Virus record (IMG/VR): IMGVR_UViG_3300009164_005114
Span: 1 to 64,000 of that record
Strand: one strand, 5' to 3'
Length of the DNA stretch: 64,000 nt
Source: a virus
In this document: positions 50,772 through 61,637 of the stretch, piece by piece
Layout: every line of letters starts with the position of its first letter
How positions within the stretch are numbered: position 1 is the first letter of the stretch
Translations under genes and position numbers: made by a program
The notes under the pieces: model-generated
The model's database searches: none
What the model was told of the DNA's origin: nothing
Seen by the model: only the letters and a program-made list of their open reading frames with translations

Positions 50772-51413
50772 ATGGACAGATTAATGGAAAAATTGGCTTT
50801 ATCAAAAGCCATTATGGATAAGGCAGATGGAATTAAAAGTTCAAATTCCATGAATGGAGGTTTACCACCAACATCATTACAACAATTAAATGCTCCTGAA
50901 ACATTTAATGTTCCTGCTGCAAAATACAATATACCTTCAGAATTCTTACAAGAAGAATCATCTGTAAATCAACCTTACTTATCTGCAGCACCAAGAGAAA
51001 ATACAAAACCAGTTGGTGTACCAACAGTAGATGCAATCAAAAATTCTAAATTACCTGAAGAAATTAAAAGGTTAATGATGGAACATCCAATTGCTCAAGC
51101 CCAACAACCACAAATGACAATATCTAATGAGCTTATTGAAAAGGCATCGAGATTAATGAAAGAAAATGGTGGTTATATTCCTGAATCAGCAAAAGAAAAA
51201 TCAACTCAACAACAACCGCAACAACAACAACATTCAGTTGGCGGTATTGATTATAAATTAATCAAAAAAATGATTAATGAAGCAGTTAATGATGCGTTAA
51301 AAGAAAACGGATTACTCACAGAATCTTCAGAAAAATCTAATGAAATTTTTAGTTTTAAAGTTGGTAAACATATATTTGAAGGTAAGGTAACCAAAATTAA
51401 AAAGTTGTCTTAA
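50772..51413 (+). CDS. Hypothetical protein
   Basis: 213 aa, Gln-rich linker, C-terminal FKVGKHIFEGKV. Confidence 0.7.
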   Translation: MDRLMEKLALSKAIMDKADGIKSSNSMNGGLPPTSLQQLNAPETFNVPAAKYNIPSEFLQEESSVNQPYLSAAPRENTKPVGVPTVDAIKNSKLPEEIKRLMMEHPIAQAQQPQMTISNELIEKASRLMKENGGYIPESAKEKSTQQQPQQQQHSVGGIDYKLIKKMINEAVNDALKENGLLTESSEKSNEIFSFKVGKHIFEGKVTKIKKLS

Positions 51414-51467
51414 CCCCTTTCTTTATTTGACTCGAATTACTATATTTTAAGAAATATATTAATTATA

Positions 51468-52682
51468 ATGTCAAAAATTAAAATCTTAGTAGTACCATCC
51501 GACAGAACTGGTGTCGGAAAATTTAGGTCAGTCGACCCTCACGTATTCTTACAAAACTTGTATGGAGACGAATTCCATGTAGATATAGTTTATGAAGTTC
51601 CTTATGAGGATATGAAATTTTGGTCTCAGTATCAAATTGTTTCATATCATAGAAGTATTGGTCCTGATTTTGATAAATCACATGAACTTATTCAAAAATT
51701 AAATTCATTAGGAATTATCACTGTTTGTGATATTGATGATTATTGGATGCCAGGAAGAGAGCACCCAATTCATGATATTATTAGAGTAAATAAGATTAAT
51801 GAAAAAATTGTTGCAAGTCTTAGAGTTTCACAATATGTGACAACTACAACAAATATTTTTGCAGATGAAATCAGAAAAATAAATAAAAATGTTTCTGTTT
51901 TTCCAAATGCAATTAACCCTAATGAACCACAATTTAAAGAACCTACTTTAGAATCAGATAGATTGAGGATTGGTTGGCTAGGGGGTTCTTCTCACTTACA
52001 CGACATTCAGTTATTAGACCAATCTTTTGGTAGAATGACATCCGCTAAAGATAAGGTACAATTTGTATTGTGTGGATTTGATACAAGAGGTAGTGTTACC
52101 GAAATTAATCAACAAACAGGTGAACACAAAAGAAGAGATATTTTACCTCATGAAACTGTTTGGGCTCAATACGAAAAAATATTTACACAAAATTATTCTA
52201 TAGTTTCTGAAGATTATAAAAAACATCTATTAAATTATAATCAATTACCTTATGAAAATGAGGCGAATGAGGCTTATATTAGAGTATGGACAAAACCTGT
52301 TACATCTTACGCTAAGAATTATTCAAAATTTGACGTATCTTTGTCTCCAATCAAAAACAATATGTTTAATAGAATGAAGTCTCAATTAAAAGTTATTGAA
52401 GCTGGATTCTATAAGAAAGCCCTTATTGCTTCAGATTTGGGGCCATATACCATAGATTTAAAACACTGTTTAAATCATGGTAATTTTGTTGATGGTAACG
52501 CACTTTTAGTTGATGAAAAAAGAAATCATTCTGATTGGGCGAAATTTATTGACAAACTTATTAAAAACCCAAATATGGCAAAAGACATGGGTGAAAGATT
52601 ATATGAAACCGTTAAAGACACATATGACTTAAATATTGTAACAAAAAGTAGAGCAGAATTTTACAAATCTTTAATTAAATAA
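51468..52682 (+). CDS. GT-B (GT4-like) glycosyltransferase
   Basis: DIDDYW, IGWLGGSSH, FNRMKSQLKVIEAG, IASDLGPY. Confidence 0.8.
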   Translation: MSKIKILVVPSDRTGVGKFRSVDPHVFLQNLYGDEFHVDIVYEVPYEDMKFWSQYQIVSYHRSIGPDFDKSHELIQKLNSLGIITVCDIDDYWMPGREHPIHDIIRVNKINEKIVASLRVSQYVTTTTNIFADEIRKINKNVSVFPNAINPNEPQFKEPTLESDRLRIGWLGGSSHLHDIQLLDQSFGRMTSAKDKVQFVLCGFDTRGSVTEINQQTGEHKRRDILPHETVWAQYEKIFTQNYSIVSEDYKKHLLNYNQLPYENEANEAYIRVWTKPVTSYAKNYSKFDVSLSPIKNNMFNRMKSQLKVIEAGFYKKALIASDLGPYTIDLKHCLNHGNFVDGNALLVDEKRNHSDWAKFIDKLIKNPNMAKDMGERLYETVKDTYDLNIVTKSRAEFYKSLIK

Positions 52683-52685
52683 CAA

Positions 52686-53387
52686 ATGATAAACATACCA
52701 TTAACCAAAATTTTATTCTTGGATATTGAAACTGTGGGTATTCAACCTGATTGGGAGTCTCTTGAGTCTAATAGACCTGAGTTGGCATTCCAATTTAAAA
52801 ATTACCACGATTGGTTTCAAAAAAGATTTCCTGAGGATGCAGATAAACCTGTAGGAGATATGTTTGTAAACCGAGCAGCATTAGTTCCTGAATTTGCAAG
52901 AATAGCATGTGTTAGCGTTGCCTTTGTTACAGATAAAGGTGAAACTAAAATGCAATCTTTTAGTGACCCTGATGAGAAAAAATTATTACAAGATGTTCAA
53001 AAATTATTGTACCGAGTTGGGGAGTTGGGATTCTTTTTATGTGGTCATAATGTTAAAGGGTTTGATATCCCTATGATGGCAAAAAGAATGATTATGAATG
53101 GAATTCTTCCACCAAAAATATTACCAGGTCATGATACTAAACCATGGGAAATTAAAGCTCTTGATACTAAAGAACTTTGGCAATATGGTGGTTACGGGTC
53201 AATCGCATCATTAGAATTAATGTGCGTTTGTTTAGGTGTTGAATCTTCTAAAAACATGGAAGTAACAGGTAATAAAGTTCACGAAGCATTTTGGGTTAAA
53301 AAAGATATTAAAGGTATTGTTGAATATTGTGAAAAAGATGTATCTGTTTTAATTGATGTAATAAATAAACTATTAAAATTAAAATAA
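52686..53387 (+). CDS. Stand-alone DnaQ/PolB-like 3'-5' exonuclease
   Basis: FLDIET, GHNVKGFDIP, YCEKDV. Confidence 0.85.
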   Translation: MINIPLTKILFLDIETVGIQPDWESLESNRPELAFQFKNYHDWFQKRFPEDADKPVGDMFVNRAALVPEFARIACVSVAFVTDKGETKMQSFSDPDEKKLLQDVQKLLYRVGELGFFLCGHNVKGFDIPMMAKRMIMNGILPPKILPGHDTKPWEIKALDTKELWQYGGYGSIASLELMCVCLGVESSKNMEVTGNKVHEAFWVKKDIKGIVEYCEKDVSVLIDVINKLLKLK

Positions 53388-53980
53388 TGGATAAGATTTA
53401 CAAAGAAATTGAAAGACAATTTGATAAGATTAAAGCTCAAGCAGGTATTGAACCTGATGAGGAATATCAAAAAGAATTAGAAGAAGCGCTTGGTTTAGAT
53501 TTAGATGAAATTGAAAAATTTATGTACGACTCGGCCAGAACAAGAACTGTTAAAATAGAGACTGTTCATAAAGACGCAGTATTCCCAAAATACGCATACC
53601 CAACCGATTCAGGATTTGATTTACATTCAACTAATGATTTAGAAGTAGGTCCGTTTGGGAGAGTTTTAGTTCCAACAGGAATTAAAGTTTCTTTTGAAGA
53701 AGGATATGAAATTCAAGTTAGACCTAAAAGTGGTTTGGCAATTAAACAAGGTTTAACTGTTTTAAACACACCAGGAACTGTAGACCAAGGATACACAGGT
53801 GAAATACAAGTTATTGTCTTCAACACAAACAATTACGCAGTTACAATTCCAAAAGGAATGAAAGTTGGGCAAGCTGTTTTATGTCCTGTGGTTAATGGTA
53901 AGTTTGTTAATTTTGAACAGGTAAATAGTATTGAAAATAAAGACCGAGGAAATAATGGATTTGGTAGTACAGGAATTTAA
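53387..53980 (+). CDS. dut: Trimeric dUTPase with N-terminal extension
   Basis: SGFDL, RPKSGLA, GTVDQGYTGEI, RGNNGFGSTG. Confidence 0.95.
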   Translation: MDKIYKEIERQFDKIKAQAGIEPDEEYQKELEEALGLDLDEIEKFMYDSARTRTVKIETVHKDAVFPKYAYPTDSGFDLHSTNDLEVGPFGRVLVPTGIKVSFEEGYEIQVRPKSGLAIKQGLTVLNTPGTVDQGYTGEIQVIVFNTNNYAVTIPKGMKVGQAVLCPVVNGKFVNFEQVNSIENKDRGNNGFGSTGI

Positions 53981-53990
53981 AAAATAAATA

Positions 53991-55631
53991 ATGATTACAG
54001 TAGGATATTCAACAAGAGAACATAACCCAAAATTTATAGAATACTTAAAAAAAAGTTCAGGGTTTAAAAAAATAGAAGTTATTGAAAAAATTAATAACGG
54101 AGAAAAATCTTTAGCAGAAGTTTATAATGAAATACTTTCAGAGTCAAAAACTGACATAGTTGTATTATGTCATGACGACATTTACTTTGATACATCAAGT
54201 TGGTATCACAAAATAAAGTCTCATTTTGATAAAAGTGATTACGGTATTTTAGGAGTTGCGGGTACAACCCATATGTCAGAAACTGGTAGATGGTGGGAAA
54301 CTAATCGTAGAAAAAACATGATTGGTATTGTTAATCACGAAAGTGGTGGAAAAAAATGGACATCAAAATACTCCGAAGATTTAAATAAATCTATTAAGGA
54401 AACCGTTATTGTTGATGGTTTGTTTATCGCATTAAGTAAATCAAGAATCAAAACTAATTTTTTGGAAGAGTTTAAAGGGTTTCACTTTTATGATATCGCA
54501 TTTTGTTTTGAAAATTACTTACAAGGGGTTAAAGTTGGTGTTATAACAAATATTAGAATTACTCATAAATCTATAGGACAAACAAATGACCAATGGGAAG
54601 AAAATAGAGAATTGTTTGTTAAAAAATATGGTGAAAATTTACCATCAAAAATTCCATTTGACCCAAATAAAAGAATTAAAGTTTTACTATCTTGTCTTTT
54701 CTTTAGAGGATTTACAGGTTCTGAATTATATGTTTTTGAACTTGCTAAAAGTTTAATTAAATTAAATTGTAGTGTAACCATTTTATCTCAAATTGGAGGA
54801 CCATTAACTGACATGGCAAAAAAATTGGGTATTAAATGTGTGTCATTTGAAAACGCGCCAGGTTTTAAACTTGGCGATGGTCAATGGGGTATGAACACCC
54901 CTGAAGGGTTTAAGCCATCAACACCAAATGCTTTGTATAAAGTTTCTGAAGTTGATTATGATATTGTCCACATCCAACACAAACCAGTTACTGAAAGAAT
55001 TTTAAACATGTATCCTGAATTGGATAAAATTTGTACTATTCATTCTGAGGTAATGTCAAAAGAACTTGAAAATCCAATTCTTAACGATACAATAAAAAAA
55101 TATATCGCAATTCGTCCTGAGATTAAATCTCATATGATTGAAAATTTTCAAATTCCTGAAGAAATGATTGAGGTCATTTACAATCCAGTTGATAATGAAA
55201 AATTTAAATCTAAAACTATACCAACTGAAAACTATGTGTTATTTGTTGGTACTATAGATTATTTAAGAAAAGAAGCAATTTTAGATTTAATTGAATACAC
55301 AAGAGAAATTGGAAAAGAGTTATGGTTAGTAGGTGAAAATAATGGAAATTATTTAGAAAATATTTTACTTGAGGACCATGTTAAACATTTCCCATCAACT
55401 TGGAACATTGAGGATTTTATAACTAAATCTTACGAAACTGCGGGTATTCAATTAGGTAGAACAACTATTGAAAGTTGGTTGTGTAATAAACCAAGTTGGA
55501 TTTATAAGGTAAATTCAAATGGATTTATTTTATCAAAAGAAAAACATGAACCCCCAACCGATATTGAGAAATATTATACCATGAATGTTGCTCAACAAAT
55601 AAGAAATGAATATGTTAAAATATTATCATAA
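53991..55631 (+). CDS. Bifunctional glycosyltransferase (GT-A + GT4-like)
   Basis: LCHDD, VDGLF, FHFYD; then GFTGSELYVFELAK, YNPVD. Confidence 0.8.
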   Translation: MITVGYSTREHNPKFIEYLKKSSGFKKIEVIEKINNGEKSLAEVYNEILSESKTDIVVLCHDDIYFDTSSWYHKIKSHFDKSDYGILGVAGTTHMSETGRWWETNRRKNMIGIVNHESGGKKWTSKYSEDLNKSIKETVIVDGLFIALSKSRIKTNFLEEFKGFHFYDIAFCFENYLQGVKVGVITNIRITHKSIGQTNDQWEENRELFVKKYGENLPSKIPFDPNKRIKVLLSCLFFRGFTGSELYVFELAKSLIKLNCSVTILSQIGGPLTDMAKKLGIKCVSFENAPGFKLGDGQWGMNTPEGFKPSTPNALYKVSEVDYDIVHIQHKPVTERILNMYPELDKICTIHSEVMSKELENPILNDTIKKYIAIRPEIKSHMIENFQIPEEMIEVIYNPVDNEKFKSKTIPTENYVLFVGTIDYLRKEAILDLIEYTREIGKELWLVGENNGNYLENILLEDHVKHFPSTWNIEDFITKSYETAGIQLGRTTIESWLCNKPSWIYKVNSNGFILSKEKHEPPTDIEKYYTMNVAQQIRNEYVKILS

Positions 55632-56788
55632 TGAAAATAGGAATAATTGGTGCGAATGATTTAAGTGTGTCTTTTGGATTATTATGTGAAAAAAAAGGTC
55701 ACACCGTTATTGTTGCGGATTCAGATGAAAACTATATTTTTAATTTAAATCAAAAAATTTGTTTAACTAATGAACCATTAGTTCAATCTATGTTATTTGA
55801 TACCACAAAATTTAGTGGTACCACAAATCATTTAGATTTAATTAAAAATTCTGATTTAATTTTTGTTTTTGTGACAACACCATCAAATGTTAATGGTAGT
55901 TATGACACAACTAAAGTTTTTGAATTTGTTGCTGAATTTTATACAGCATCATCATTAGACATACCTCTTTATGATAAAAAATTAATAATAAGTTCTGTTG
56001 TTAATCCTGGTGATGTTGACCAAATACAACAAAGGTTAAGTATGTTTAACGTACAAGTTGCATATAATCCTTTATTCACAGTTGAAGGTGAGATGGTTAA
56101 AAATATTGAGGAGTCTGACATAGTTTTAATTGGTAGTGAACATCAAGAACTTTCAAATACTTTAACTTACTTACATACTAAAATTAAAACAGTTCCCGTT
56201 AACACTTACGTAATGTCCCCAAAAGCGTCTGAAATAACTAAATTATCTATTAATTGTTTTTTGGCATCAAAAATTAGTTACGCAAATATGATAGGTGAAA
56301 TTATGAGTAAATCAGGAATTGAAGAAGAAACTAATATTGTGTTAACAGCCATTGGTGGGGATTCCAGAATTGGTAAAAAATTAATGAAATATGGTTTTGG
56401 TTTTGGAGGACCTTTAATTCCTAAAGATAATAGAGCATTACAATTTTATTCAAAATCAATTGACGCAAATTCTGAGTTACTTTTAAATGTAGAAACATTT
56501 AATAAATCTCATTCAGAATTTATTAAAAATTATTATATACAAGGAAACCCAAATAAAGAAGTACCATTTGTGTTAAACCACATTACCCATAAAAAAGGAA
56601 GTGTAACATTAGATGAATCACAACAATTTCAATTATGTGTAGATTTACTAATAGAAGGATATTATGTGAATGTTATTGAAATTTCAGAGATTGCAAATAA
56701 ATTAAATTCTTTGTCCGAATCATACGATGGTAGATTAAGATTTTACAAACAAGGGACTAAACCCGAAGGTATTTTAATTAATTTATAA
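55631..56788 (+). CDS. UDP-glucose/GDP-mannose dehydrogenase homolog with degenerate active site
   Basis: ASEITKLSINCFLASKISYAN, DSRIG, GFGFGGPLIPKD. Confidence 0.8.
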   Translation: MKIGIIGANDLSVSFGLLCEKKGHTVIVADSDENYIFNLNQKICLTNEPLVQSMLFDTTKFSGTTNHLDLIKNSDLIFVFVTTPSNVNGSYDTTKVFEFVAEFYTASSLDIPLYDKKLIISSVVNPGDVDQIQQRLSMFNVQVAYNPLFTVEGEMVKNIEESDIVLIGSEHQELSNTLTYLHTKIKTVPVNTYVMSPKASEITKLSINCFLASKISYANMIGEIMSKSGIEEETNIVLTAIGGDSRIGKKLMKYGFGFGGPLIPKDNRALQFYSKSIDANSELLLNVETFNKSHSEFIKNYYIQGNPNKEVPFVLNHITHKKGSVTLDESQQFQLCVDLLIEGYYVNVIEISEIANKLNSLSESYDGRLRFYKQGTKPEGILINL

Positions 56789-57498
56789 TGATAGTATTAA
56801 CTACAACATATAATTGTGAAAAATTTGTAGAAAAATCTTTATTGACGATTATGTCTCAAAGGTTTAAAGATTTTAAGTGTTATATTACTGATGACATGTC
56901 AACTGATAAAACCGTTGATGTTATAAAAAAAACTATAAGTGGTGATGATAGATTTGTTTTAATTGAAAACAAACAAAAGATGTATCAGCCAGGTAACTAT
57001 GACCAAATAATTCGTGGGATGAATATTCATGATAATGAAATTTGTGTTGAAATTGATGGAGATGATTGGTTACCAAATTCAAATGTTTTATCATTTATTG
57101 ATGAAATATATAAAAATGAAAATGTTTGGATGACTAGTGGTTCGTTCAAATATCACGATGGGAGGCCAGGTTTTGCAAATCCCCCAAAAAATTTTACAAC
57201 TGTTAGAAACCAAACTTTTACTTTATCTCATTTAAGAACTTGGAAATCTTGGTTATGGAAAAAAATTAAAGAAGATGATTTAAAAGATGTTTCAGGAAAT
57301 TACTGGAGTGTCGCAGGTGATTTATCATTTATGTTTCCAATGTTAGAAATGTCAGGAGAAGAACACTTCAAATTTATTCCCGAAGTGTTATATGTCTATA
57401 ACGAATCAAATCCATTAAACGACCATAAAGTTAACATGAATAAAGTGGTATCAACTGTTAATATTATTAGAAATAAACCTGAATATAACAGAATATAA
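56788..57498 (+). CDS. GT2 glycosyltransferase
   Basis: TTYN, DDMSTD, IDGDD. Confidence 0.85.
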   Translation: MIVLTTTYNCEKFVEKSLLTIMSQRFKDFKCYITDDMSTDKTVDVIKKTISGDDRFVLIENKQKMYQPGNYDQIIRGMNIHDNEICVEIDGDDWLPNSNVLSFIDEIYKNENVWMTSGSFKYHDGRPGFANPPKNFTTVRNQTFTLSHLRTWKSWLWKKIKEDDLKDVSGNYWSVAGDLSFMFPMLEMSGEEHFKFIPEVLYVYNESNPLNDHKVNMNKVVSTVNIIRNKPEYNRI

Positions 57499-58188
57499 GT
57501 GAAAATATCAATTTGTATCCCAACATGGGAACAATACGACAGAGGAGTTGAATTTCTAAGAAATAATTTAGAACGTATTTTAACCCAAACATATAAAAAT
57601 TTTAACGTAATAATTTCAGACCATAGTAAAGATGATAAAATTAAATTACTATGCGATTCGTATTCAGATAAATTTGAAATTAAATATGTTAAGAATCAAA
57701 CCCTTTTAGGTAATGGACCTGCCAACACTAACAACGCAATAATTAATGCGGACGGGGACATTATTAAAATAATATTCCAAGATGATTTTTTATATCAAGA
57801 TAAGTCATTAGAAATAATTGCAAAAGAATTTGAAAACACCGAATGTAATTGGTTAGTTAGTGGTTGTAACCATACACATGATGATGGAAAAAATTTTTCA
57901 AACTTTATGGTTCCATATTGGAACGACAACATTGCAACAGGAACAAATACAATTAGTTCTCCCTCAGTTTTATCTTTTAGAAATAATAATCCTTGTCTTT
58001 TTGATGAAGAATTAACTATGTTAATGGACTGTGAAATGTATTATCAACTTTACATCAGATACGGATTACCTAAAATTATTACGGACTGTTTAATCACAAA
58101 TAGAATGCACCAACATCAAATTAGTAGTTTATATAATAAAGATATGTGGTCAGAAATAAATCATGTAAAAATTAAACACAGCATATAA
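57499..58188 (+). CDS. GT2 glycosyltransferase (GTG start)
   Basis: ISICIPT, ISDHS, FQDDF. Confidence 0.85.
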   Translation: MKISICIPTWEQYDRGVEFLRNNLERILTQTYKNFNVIISDHSKDDKIKLLCDSYSDKFEIKYVKNQTLLGNGPANTNNAIINADGDIIKIIFQDDFLYQDKSLEIIAKEFENTECNWLVSGCNHTHDDGKNFSNFMVPYWNDNIATGTNTISSPSVLSFRNNNPCLFDEELTMLMDCEMYYQLYIRYGLPKIITDCLITNRMHQHQISSLYNKDMWSEINHVKIKHSI

Positions 58189-58189
58189 A

Positions 58190-59074
58190 ATGAAAAATCC
58201 AAAAGTATATATCAACATTCCAGCACAAGCAATCGCAGGTGGAGTTGAGTCTTTATTTCAATTAGCCGACGCAATTAACAATGTTGGAGGTGAATCAATC
58301 ATATTATGGGATATTCAATACGGAGACCCAATTCCTGGAAAATATAAACATTATAATGTACAACATTCAAAAGAAGTTGAAGATACTTCTGATAATTGGA
58401 TTATTTATCCTGAAGTTTGGACTGAAAAATTACACACTTATAAAAACTTAAAGAAAGCGATATGGTGGTTAAGTGTTGATAATAATCACGGTAAATTTAA
58501 AGAATTTTCTGATTCAAATATTACACATTTTTATCAGTCTTTTTATGCGTTAGATTTTTTACAAAAAAATGGTGTTGAGAAATATCTTCCGTTATTTGAT
58601 TATATCCCCGCAAAATATACTGAATCAACTTATGATATTTCTGAAAAGAAAAATATTGTTTGTTACAATCCTGTTAAGGGTCTTGAAATTACCAATCAAA
58701 TTAAATCTTTAAATCCTGATATTCAATTTGTACCTATTGTTGGTATGGAAGAAAATCAAATTATTGACCTGTTAAAAACAAGTAAAATTTATATTGATTT
58801 TGGTCACCATCCTGGGAGAGATAGGATACCAAGAGAATCTGCAATACTCGGAAATTGTGTTATAACAAATTCAAAAGGAGCTGCGGGATTTTATAATGAC
58901 ATACCTGCCAGCAAACAATATAAAACATCAAACGTCGAGGAAATTGGAACTGCAATTCGTAACTGTTTTGAAAACTTTGAATCCGTAATCAATGAATACG
59001 CAATATACAGGTCTTCAATTAAAAACCAAAAAGAACAATTACATAACCTTGTAAAACAATATTTTATATTATGA
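58190..59074 (+). CDS. Putative GT-B glycosyltransferase
   Basis: GGVESLFQL, IYPE, WWLSVDN, IDFGHHPGRDRIPRES. Confidence 0.65.
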   Translation: MKNPKVYINIPAQAIAGGVESLFQLADAINNVGGESIILWDIQYGDPIPGKYKHYNVQHSKEVEDTSDNWIIYPEVWTEKLHTYKNLKKAIWWLSVDNNHGKFKEFSDSNITHFYQSFYALDFLQKNGVEKYLPLFDYIPAKYTESTYDISEKKNIVCYNPVKGLEITNQIKSLNPDIQFVPIVGMEENQIIDLLKTSKIYIDFGHHPGRDRIPRESAILGNCVITNSKGAAGFYNDIPASKQYKTSNVEEIGTAIRNCFENFESVINEYAIYRSSIKNQKEQLHNLVKQYFIL

Positions 59075-59742
59075 TTTTAAATGATGACTTAGGGGTAAAT
59101 AAAGATGTTTTATATAAGATTACATCAAAATATACTGAATCAATATTTGTTGATTTAGGAGTTAGAGAAGGTCTCTCTTCTAAAATAATGTTATCGGATT
59201 CTGTTAAGAATAATAATAAAGTATTTGGTGTTGATGTTGATTGGGGTATGTTAAACTCTGAAGTGAAATCTCACCCTAACTATACAACAATTTTAGGTGA
59301 TTCATCTACTGTTGGGAAATATTGGAATGAAAAAATAAACGGGTTATTTGTAGATACTTTTCATATTAAAGACCAAGTTTTATCTGAATTATATTTTTGG
59401 TATCCCCATATTAAAGAAGGCGGTTTTATTGCTTTCCATGACACAAATTGGCCACAAGGTCAACATGATGAATATGGAGGGATTACTTGGGGTAGAGTTG
59501 AAGAGGGGGTTAAATCATTCTTTAATGTTGATTCTCTAAACTATGAAGATGAACACATTAAGATGATTAATTATCCTGAATCGTGGGGACTAACAATTGT
59601 TGAAATCAAAAAGAAAAAAGACTATGTTTCCGAGTTTCCTAACTGGAAAGAAATTATTGATAGAAGAAATCATTTAATTAGTCTTTTTTGGAATGAAGAA
59701 AATAAATCTGATGTTAAAATTGACTTAGTATTAAATGTATGA
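59071..59742 (+). CDS. Class I SAM-dependent methyltransferase (Methyltransf_24-like)
   Basis: VDLGVREGLS, GDS, FVDTFH, GGFIAFHD. Confidence 0.8.
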   Translation: MILNDDLGVNKDVLYKITSKYTESIFVDLGVREGLSSKIMLSDSVKNNNKVFGVDVDWGMLNSEVKSHPNYTTILGDSSTVGKYWNEKINGLFVDTFHIKDQVLSELYFWYPHIKEGGFIAFHDTNWPQGQHDEYGGITWGRVEEGVKSFFNVDSLNYEDEHIKMINYPESWGLTIVEIKKKKDYVSEFPNWKEIIDRRNHLISLFWNEENKSDVKIDLVLNV

Positions 59743-60832
59743 TTATGTAATAGTAGGTAGCGGATTCTTTGGTTCTATATGTGCTAGAGAGCTAACTGAT
59801 AACGGATACAAATGTTTGGTGATTGAAAATCGCAATCATATTGGTGGTAATTGTCATACCGAAAAAAGAGACAATATTAATATCCATACATATGGACCAC
59901 ATATTTTTCACACCTCAGATGAAGAAATTTGGAATTGGATTAACAAATATGTTAAGTTCAATAACTTTACTTTAACTCCTGTCGCAAATTATAATGGTGA
60001 AATATATTCATTACCTTTTAGTATGTGGACATTCAATAAATTATGGAATGTAACAACACCTGAAGAAGCCAAAGAGATTATTAAATCTCAATCAATGGAC
60101 ATTGATGAACCTAAAAATTTAGAAGAACAAGCAATAAAATTAGTTGGTAGAGATGTGTACGAAAAATTAATTAAAGGTTACACCGCAAAACAATGGAGAA
60201 AAGACCCTAAAGATTTACCAAAAGAAATTATTAAAAGATTACCCGTTAGATTTACATACGATAACAATTATTTTAATGACACATATCAAGGAATACCTAT
60301 TGGTGGGTATACTCAAATTTTTGAAAAGTTATTAGATGGTATTGAGGTTAAATTAAATGTCGACTACTTTGAAAATAAAGAATATTGGGATAGTATCTCC
60401 GATAAAGTAATTTATACAGGTCCAATTGATAGATTCTATGATTATCAGTTTGGTGAGTTGGAATACAAGACGACTAAATTTGAACATGACAGATACCCTG
60501 AAGAAAATTTCCAAGGGACTGCGGTAATGAATTATACAGATTTGAAAATATCTTATACAAGAATTATTGAACATAAACATTTTGAAAAATCTGAATCCCC
60601 TGTAAGTTGGATAACTTACGAAACTCCTGTTGAATATCGTGCAAATGAAACTGAACCGTATTACCCAGTTAACGATTCAGAAAACAATTTAAAATATTCA
60701 AAATATAAAGAATTGTCAGATTCACAATCAAAATACATTTTTGGTGGTAGATTGGCACAATACAAATATTACGACATGCACCAAGTAATACAAAGTGCGT
60801 TAGACACCGTAAAAACATTAATAAAAAAATAA
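59735..60832 (+). CDS. glf: UDP-galactopyranose mutase
   Basis: VGSGFFG, HIGGNC, YGPHIFH, EPYYP, GRLAQYKYYDMHQ. Confidence 0.95.
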   Translation: MYDYVIVGSGFFGSICARELTDNGYKCLVIENRNHIGGNCHTEKRDNINIHTYGPHIFHTSDEEIWNWINKYVKFNNFTLTPVANYNGEIYSLPFSMWTFNKLWNVTTPEEAKEIIKSQSMDIDEPKNLEEQAIKLVGRDVYEKLIKGYTAKQWRKDPKDLPKEIIKRLPVRFTYDNNYFNDTYQGIPIGGYTQIFEKLLDGIEVKLNVDYFENKEYWDSISDKVIYTGPIDRFYDYQFGELEYKTTKFEHDRYPEENFQGTAVMNYTDLKISYTRIIEHKHFEKSESPVSWITYETPVEYRANETEPYYPVNDSENNLKYSKYKELSDSQSKYIFGGRLAQYKYYDMHQVIQSALDTVKTLIKK

Positions 60833-60833
60833 C

Positions 60834-61634
60834 ATGTATAATTTGTCAGTAATATCAAGTTTTGGTTTAGACGTTAGTTTTCAAACCGAAAAATTTTGTG
60901 AATTGTACGCGGATATGATTCCAAACACACCTAAAGAGTCAATTAGGATTTTATGGGTTATGGAACCCAATGGAGTTTCAGGGTTTAGACAGAACGCAAT
61001 AGATAACCATGGAAAATTTGATTTAATTTTAACTGGTGATAAAGAAATTTTGGCATCATGCCCAAATGCAAAACTGTTCCCTTATGGTACAACTTGGATT
61101 AAAGATTTTGAATTTCCTGAACAAAAAGAATATTGTATTACAACATTAATTGGAGGTAAGACACAATGTTCGGGTCATGTATTAAGACATTCAGTACCTG
61201 AAAAAAGTAAATTAATAACATCAATTCCTGTTCATTTATATAACAGCATTAATACTTCGTTTACCCCATTACCTGAAATGAGAAAAATGAAAAGTAATTT
61301 GTGGAAGAATGAATTATTTTATTCCCAATTTCATATTGTAATTGAAAATGTGACTGAGGATAATTGGTTTACAGAAAAATTAATTGATTGTTTCCAAACA
61401 AAAACAATTCCAATTTATATTGGATGTGATAATATTGGAGATTATTTTGATTTAAGGGGTATGTTCCATGTAAAAACATTAGATGAAATGGTTGAGGTAT
61501 GTAATACAATTACACCTGAAACATATCAAAATATTTTAGAATATGTTAATATAAATTATGAAAAGTCCATGAATTACCATGACTTTAGAAAAAGGATTGA
61601 AAACGAAGTTAAATTATTTATTTCAAATAACTAA
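60834..61634 (+). CDS. GT10-like (alpha-1,3-fucosyltransferase motif) glycosyltransferase
   Basis: FHIVIEN...FTEKLIDCF..KTIPIYIG. Confidence 0.75.
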   Translation: MYNLSVISSFGLDVSFQTEKFCELYADMIPNTPKESIRILWVMEPNGVSGFRQNAIDNHGKFDLILTGDKEILASCPNAKLFPYGTTWIKDFEFPEQKEYCITTLIGGKTQCSGHVLRHSVPEKSKLITSIPVHLYNSINTSFTPLPEMRKMKSNLWKNELFYSQFHIVIENVTEDNWFTEKLIDCFQTKTIPIYIGCDNIGDYFDLRGMFHVKTLDEMVEVCNTITPETYQNILEYVNINYEKSMNYHDFRKRIENEVKLFISNN

Positions 61635-61637
61635 AAT

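Noticed and set aside
51468-53980. DNA hypermodification role for the GT next to the exonuclease and dUTPase
   Set aside because: No hydroxymethylase, TET/JBP or modified-base pathway gene is in the window; not excluded, but unsupported
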